A program made the translations under genes and the position numbers. Source: Octopus sinensis (Eukaryota). Taken from it: a DNA stretch of 64,000 nucleotides. The stretch is from the NCBI RefSeq assembly GCF_006345805.1, contig NC_043006.1, positions 79,918,001-79,982,000 on the forward strand, in the 5' to 3' direction. The notes under the pieces were generated by a model that had not been told where the DNA came from, made no database searches, and saw nothing but the letters and a program-made list of their open reading frames with translations. Below, in pieces: positions 58,060 through 64,000 of the stretch (position 1 is its first letter; every line of letters begins with the position of its first letter).

Positions 58060-59790
58060 CACAACCAAATCTACAGAAAACGCAACTGACCCCAGACATA
58101 TTGGATGCGGAAATACATATGTCAGGTTTTGTACTATTCAGAACTTATCACAGAATATGGAACTAAGGAGAAATAGCAATTTTTACCCAAGAAGGCCTGG
58201 CAACAAATGTCCCCCTTCCCCACCCCAACATAGTGCACGAAACACTAATAATGCACGTGATTGGCCCCAATTTGATCATAGGTATTACCTACTGTCTTCC
58301 TGATGTAGCTAGCCACGAGATCACTTCAAAGATTTTTTGTCGCTCATAAGCCAAACCTCATTGAGGCCAACTGATTAGTTTTCCTAATCTCAGCTAGCCT
58401 GAGGGTTATATCCAACCTGAATTTATGCAAGGGAAGAGGAGAGATATGAATGCTTTTTTCGATACTGTTAAAAGGCTTTCTCATACCACAGATCCTTATC
58501 CGTCCAACTAGGGGTAAAATACTCGACCTAGTCTTTACCATTAATACAGACTTCACTCACAATGTTCAGATCATTCCGATAGTTATTTCCGACCACATTA
58601 TACAATTATCTGTATATGATTCAACGAGGGTAACACACAAAAATAACATCCAGCCTGACTCACTCCTCAAGAAACTTGAATTTCAGGAAGGTCAAGTGGA
58701 ATGAAATCGAAACTGAAATCCTGGAAACAAATCGGCAATCTCAATGTTAACGAGGGAATGAAGTTTCTGTACGAGGAATTAATCAGGATCTGTTGAAAGC
58801 ATGACTCATATAATCACGCCTATTCCCACGAGCCCTTGATCCCATGAGATTGACGGATACCAGAACCAAACCAAGAAAACAACTAAAAACCAAACTATCT
58901 CAGCAGATGAGATTAAGTAAAACAAAAAACAAAAACAACAACAAACAAACTGGACTTAAACTATATCATGAAAAAGAAACTTCGCTAAGAGAACATCGAG
59001 CTGTGTAAATTATAAAATCTATTTTTAAGTTCAATAATATTTCTCCTTTGCTAAACAAAAATCAGCTACGCGTAACCAGATTGGTTATCTAATGAATCAA
59101 ACTGGATCATATACTAATGATTCATCAAACATATGCACATTCTTCAGTCGACATTATGACAGAGCTTCTTCCCAACCTATAGTTAAGAAAATAACATTTG
59201 GGCCAAATGAATTCTTTGGTTCCCAGAACTCAACTTACAACAAACTTAGCATCTGGACAAGACTGCCTCTCAGCTATGTTACTAAAAAAGTGCAAAGACA
59301 GCCTCGTGAAACCATTAAACATGCTATTTCAAAAGTCGCTAGTTACCGGCGATTTCACAGAACTATTAAAAGACGTAGTCGTAATACCAACACATAATAC
59401 ACAAAGGAAGGTAGCAAGTCTGAAGCTAAAAAACTACACACCTGTTTCACTCCAATCTCACACATATAAAATTCAAACACATTGTCTGCAATAGAATCAG
59501 TACATGCCTTGTTGAAAACAACTCGTAGATGGTTTTTGGACTAGACGAAGTTACCTTTCATAACTATCACAGTACCGTAGCATAATTCTAATAACCTCTC
59601 GAAAGGAAAGGATATTGATTGTATATACCTTGATAAGTTAAGGTATCTCAGGCAAACTCAGCGAATGGCTCTTTGACTTCCTACATGGTTGGAGCCAACT
59701 GTTGCTGGAAATGGTTTTTGCTTTGCAAAGTCCCCTGTAATAAGTGGCATGCCTCAGGAGAGAACGGTTGTAGGACTATAATTATTTAGC
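58060..59790 (+). mobile_element. Highly degenerate CR1-group LINE (APE + RT remnants)
   Basis: PDILDAEIHMSGFVLFR; PTRGKILDLVFT..ISDH; ASGQDCLSAMLLKKCKDSLVKPLNMLFQKSL..G...K..VVIP...NYTPVSL; SGMPQ. Many stops. Confidence 0.7.
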
Positions 59791-59849
59791 ATCAACCTAT
59801 CACAAGTGCACTCATCCGAAACAGTGCAACGGGACCCGCTTTGTAATCA

Positions 59850-60235
59850 AGTCCCTGATGCCCCACTTGATTGAGGCCACCATTGTTACAGGGTGCGGGA
59901 ATGGTGAAAATGTTTTCATTTCAAGGGTGCAACTTTATTCCTTGGGGTCAGACATGCCGTTTAACTTCCGTTTAAAGCAGTTCCAGGTGAGACCATGCTT
60001 CGCCATGTCCACCAACAGATCCCAAAGCCAAACACTATCAGTGGCAGGCATCCATTTGGGGTTTTCCATTGAATCAGGATAAGAAATTGATAAACCGATT
60101 CCTTATAGGATTTCCCACTAAAATTGGCTACACCCCATTTTCAACAATAACTTTTACCACTTTTGACATATTTTGCTCAAACTTGATGTCAGCACTACTT
60201 AGGACACATAGGATCTTAGAATGCTTTAAGTTTTA
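59850..60235 (+). mobile_element. Helitron fragment (Pif1-like helicase remnant plus subterminal repeat)
   Basis: PHLIEATIVTG..GENVFISR...DMPFNF..KQFQVRPCFAMSTNRSQSQTL..AG matches Helitron helicase C-terminal motifs. 60085-60235 resembles the reverse complement of 17160-17330. Confidence 0.75.
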
Positions 60236-62146
60236 AAAAAGAAAGAAAAAAGCGAGAAGATACTGACAAATTTATCCTTCTACTTCGTTGCGCCTCTCTC
60301 CTTTTATTTTCCTTCAGCCGTATTATTGTAATAAAACATACTAAACATACTAAAACATACTAACCTTCATTGTCTCCCTCTTTGATATCTTTGTCCTTCT
60401 GTCTCTCTCTTTTCTCCTCTCTTTCTCTCTCTTTTTTCTTTCTTTCTTTATAACATACTGCATGGCTTCACTAAAAATCTAGTTGAAGCTGTAGGTGGAA
60501 GTTCTTGTAACGTAAATTCTCAATATTAACTTCCAAGTTAATTGACAAATCTATTCTTCTGACGACTTTCAAACATCTCACTTGTTGGCCCTCTCTTGGT
60601 GATATCTTTACCATTGTCACTCACCCTCTCCGTTTCTCTGTCTCTTTCTCTCTTTGTCTTAATGAAATTCTGTCCTGTTTTAACTTAAAATCTCATAAAA
60701 ACAGCAGGTGGAGAGTACGTGGGCGTGTGTGAAGTGAGGTAATCAACGATACTGTGGCGCTCACCGTTCTATTGTAGAGTCATATATCTGTGAATTTATG
60801 TGGTGTAGGAGATACCAAACCTGATTATATTTTCCGTAAGGATGTCACTGTTTTTCGGAACGTTTTTCTATGTATTTTTAGCTTCTTCCTCGTGACTCCT
60901 GTCTCATTGATAATCTTACTGTTTCCTCTCCTTTTAATTCTCTGTCTTTTTTTCCTGAACGCAGCTTTCATCCCTATAGAAGTTGCTCCTCTATTGGTAA
61001 TAACTCTGTCGTTCACACCTTCCCTCCTTTAGTGGTAATGTTACTGCATTCTCCCCTTTTCTTTCTTTTTTTATCGTTGTTCTTTATTTTCTTACTCAAC
61101 ACTGCTGCCACATAATGACCACTTTCGTTCTTCCCTTTCGTTGCTATACTGTTGGCGAAGTCTCTGTAATTTCTCTTCCTCTCGTCCATTCTGGTGTAAG
61201 TAGAACTATAGCTTCTGCCCTTGGTAAAAATCGTTGCTACTTCATAATTCCCAATCATTGTTTGTTTGTCGGTAACGGCATGGAAATTAAGAAATCTATC
61301 CTTAAAAAGGATTACATTGTTTTCCATTTTTTTCTCCTCTTACCGCCGAATTATTTTGTTCTTTGTTTAGCACTCAAAACATCTGCGATATATAGTGGAC
61401 ACATCTGCGACATATTAGCAATCTCCGCACCTCTCCTTCGCTAACACTCTGTTGGTAATATTTCCGTCTTGCTCTCTCTCCTTTAATGACATTCTTCCCA
61501 TCCTAGTTTCACTGAAAATCTAGTTACAGCTGCAGGGGAAAATCATTCCAGAATATAAATTCTTATTAACACTTTGGATATCAAGAACAGGAACATGAGC
61601 TTCCATGCCAGGAACATGAGCTTCCATGCCAGTATTCTCCGTTAGGATGTCGTTGTATTCCGAAGCACCTACTCGGCATTGTATATATATCTTCCTTGTG
61701 ATCTCTCTCTTAGTGATAATGTTACTGCATTCTACCTTTTGTTTCTCTTTCTGTCTCAGCCGTATTAATATTCTCTGCTTTCTTCCAAAAAGCACGCTGC
61801 GACCTGTTTACAATAATAGTATGTGTAATGAAATATTTGTTCTTTTGTAGGTGCCTCAACTATCTTCGCATCTATGTATTTTCATACATGCATATATGTG
61901 AACCAAGTAGCCGAGTCGTGAACATTCAACATTTAATAGCAATAAAATCAAAGAATCTAAATCTTCCGACACCAATTTCACTGCTCCGTTTCGGAATGAA
62001 AATGTTTTGAAGGTATTGATCATTATATCTCTTGGAGACATTGCTAAATTTCGAAAGTACATAGTAATACCTTTAAATTTACGGCAGTGAAGTAAATTAT
62101 CAAAGTATCACCGGGACTTGGAAGGTCAATTCATGCATTATTCATT

Positions 62147-64000
62147 ATGTCTTTGAAAATGGAAACAGCTTTTGAATTGGTTGTAGTTTGTCTTTTATTG
62201 TTCTCAAATATTGTAACATATGCAGGATACTTCAACAACTGTAGCCCAGCTTTGTGCTCCCATCCTCCCGGCCATAACACACCAGAACGCTGTTCGTGTC
62301 GTCCGGACTGTTACCTCTACAAGGAATGTTGTTCTAACATGGCTAATAAGAGCACTTCTAATCACAAACAATCCTATCCATCACTATATTACAGATGTAC
62401 AAGTTTTGGTAAACCTCATGATTATGACACTTATTATCAGTTTGACCGTTGTCCGCCTAACCATGATGTTACGGAGTATGTGAACCACTGCGAAAATCCT
62501 GACTCAGATGATCAACTACAAAACATACCCGCTTTTGGTAAAACAAGTAAAATACTCTATAGAAACCTGTATTGTGCTCTGTGTCATGGAGAAGAATTTA
62601 TTCTTTGGAATCTTTTATATGGATGCCGCTCGTACTCTAATATAAACTTAGAAAATATAGCGTATTCTCTGAAGAAGAAAAGGTGTCGGCTAGTGAAACA
62701 ACCTCCAGAAGATTTGAAGAAATATTTGCATTCTTGCATTGAATTTATTTCGAGTTGTCCACAAGATAGTAATAAAGAACAAACGGTGGCATGTGAGTCT
62801 GAGCCAATGGCGTTAATATATGTAAATAGGGTGTTTTACAAAAATAATGACTGTGCCAAATGTAATGGGGTTTCAGCTCCGTGTAATCAATTTTATATGA
62901 AGGCCAAGGCAATGAAATATATTCCTTCACTGGCATTCCTATTCGATCCCAACATGAATTCCTATATGGAAACAAATACAAAAACGAAAACGAATCGTAC
63001 CGGTGTACTGAGGAACTCATGTCCAAAGCACGCTGTCTACGATATCAATACCAATCAATGTCGACAAGTTATCTTCCATCCTCCACTAAACTGTATGACA
63101 ACAAGATTAAATGAATCTGAGTATTACATTACTAGTGACGATCGTCTCTACTTAAATAATACCCAACGTTTTCTGAACCAATCAGAATTCACTCGAGATT
63201 CTCAAGATATAATAAGTATCTGTGTAAACAATGGTACCAATAATATATCAAATATCAATGGTATATCAAAATATTCCGTAGCTGAGAGCTATATCACATT
63301 AGTGGGACTCGTAATCTCTATTCCAGCTCTTGCAATCACTATTATAGTCTATCTCTGTATACCTGATCTCCGTACCTTACCAGGTAAATTACTCATTAGT
63401 CTTTTGTTAGCACTGTTTGTAGCTGAACTTCTCTTTCTTATCTCATCACAAGTCACTAAATCTACAGTGCTGTGCAAATATTTAGCAGTAGTAATGCATT
63501 ATTCGTTTCTAGCGACTTTCTTCTGGATGAATGTCATGTCAGTTGATGCCTGTCACACATTCTCAGGACTCACACAACTTCGAAGTAAAGGAAAACACAC
63601 CAAGAGATTTGTATTTTGTTCCTTGTATGCTTGGATCTGTCCACTTGTAATAGTAACAGTATCACTGGTATTTGAGTATATTCCTGGAAATCACGGACTT
63701 TCCCCAGACTATGGAAAAGATATTTGCTGGATTAAAAATGGAAAAAGTCTGCTATGTTTTTTTTTAATCCCTGTAATGATTATTTTATGTCTTAATTTCG
63801 TAGCCTTTACCCTCACCGCTAGAGGGCTCTATTTGGCACGTAAACTTTCAACGAAATATTTATCTAAACATAATAAACTGGAGTGTATCATTTGCGTAAA
63901 ACTATTCTTTATCATGGGACTAACATGGACATTCGCATTTCTGTATACGTTTACAAGAATTGAAGAATTTTCTCTATTATTTTGTATTTTAAACTCATTC
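62147..64000 (+). CDS. Intronless Methuselah-like / class-B (adhesion-related) GPCR with Cys-rich ectodomain; 3'-incomplete in window
   Basis: Hand translation gives an uninterrupted 618-codon frame from ATG 62147 (in-frame TAA upstream at 62093) to the window end. MSLKMETAFELVVVCLLLFSNIVTYA signal peptide; SMB-like CSCRPDCYLYKECC; YRNLYCALCH and YKNNDCAKCN motifs; TM1-TM6 and start of TM7 (LRTLPGK, MHY.FLA.FFWMNVM, YAW..P, CWI, KLF.IMGLTW, LNS). Confidence 0.9.
   Translation, partial: MSLKMETAFELVVVCLLLFSNIVTYAGYFNNCSPALCSHPPGHNTPERCSCRPDCYLYKECCSNMANKSTSNHKQSYPSLYYRCTSFGKPHDYDTYYQFDRCPPNHDVTEYVNHCENPDSDDQLQNIPAFGKTSKILYRNLYCALCHGEEFILWNLLYGCRSYSNINLENIAYSLKKKRCRLVKQPPEDLKKYLHSCIEFISSCPQDSNKEQTVACESEPMALIYVNRVFYKNNDCAKCNGVSAPCNQFYMKAKAMKYIPSLAFLFDPNMNSYMETNTKTKTNRTGVLRNSCPKHAVYDINTNQCRQVIFHPPLNCMTTRLNESEYYITSDDRLYLNNTQRFLNQSEFTRDSQDIISICVNNGTNNISNINGISKYSVAESYITLVGLVISIPALAITIIVYLCIPDLRTLPGKLLISLLLALFVAELLFLISSQVTKSTVLCKYLAVVMHYSFLATFFWMNVMSVDACHTFSGLTQLRSKGKHTKRFVFCSLYAWICPLVIVTVSLVFEYIPGNHGLSPDYGKDICWIKNGKSLLCFFLIPVMIILCLNFVAFTLTARGLYLARKLSTKYLSKHNKLECIICVKLFFIMGLTWTFAFLYTFTRIEEFSLLFCILNSF

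Noticed and set aside
60270-61800. Pyrimidine-rich, internally repeated region with K/R-rich minus-strand ORFs
   Set aside because: Probably a highly decayed R4-like LINE fragment; too degenerate to call and no intact frame.

Overview
AT-rich, microsatellite-saturated eukaryotic DNA. It is most consistent with an octopus/coleoid cephalopod genome, inferred from the SINE families, repeat landscape and GPCR type. Most ORFs in the supplied track are translations of (TA)n/(CA)n/(TAA)n/(TATC)n repeats. The only host genes I can support are two paralogous, intronless, Cys-rich-ectodomain class-B (Methuselah-like) GPCRs. One is a pseudogene at ~33.3-34.8 kb. The other is an apparently intact copy (signal peptide, somatomedin-B-like motif, 7TM) starting at 62147 and running off the window end; the ORF track misses it. 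Between them is a ~9-10 kb tandem segmental duplication, and more diverged pieces of the same unit lie at 17-19 kb, so this looks like a birth-and-death GPCR cluster. The rest is transposon-derived: tRNA-SINEs, a mariner-type MITE, Penelope-like (RT + GIY-YIG) remnants, CR1-group LINE fragments, an RTE LINE with a twin-priming-type 5' inversion, Dong/R4-type LINEs in (TAA)n, a non-autonomous Helitron with an empty site inside the window, and a Gypsy integrase scrap. The most striking non-coding signal is a dense set of type-I hammerhead-ribozyme motifs: about 16 copies, some degenerate, in about 8 distinct sequence families. Several sit in both arms of inverted-repeat or fold-back elements next to (TA)n tracts.
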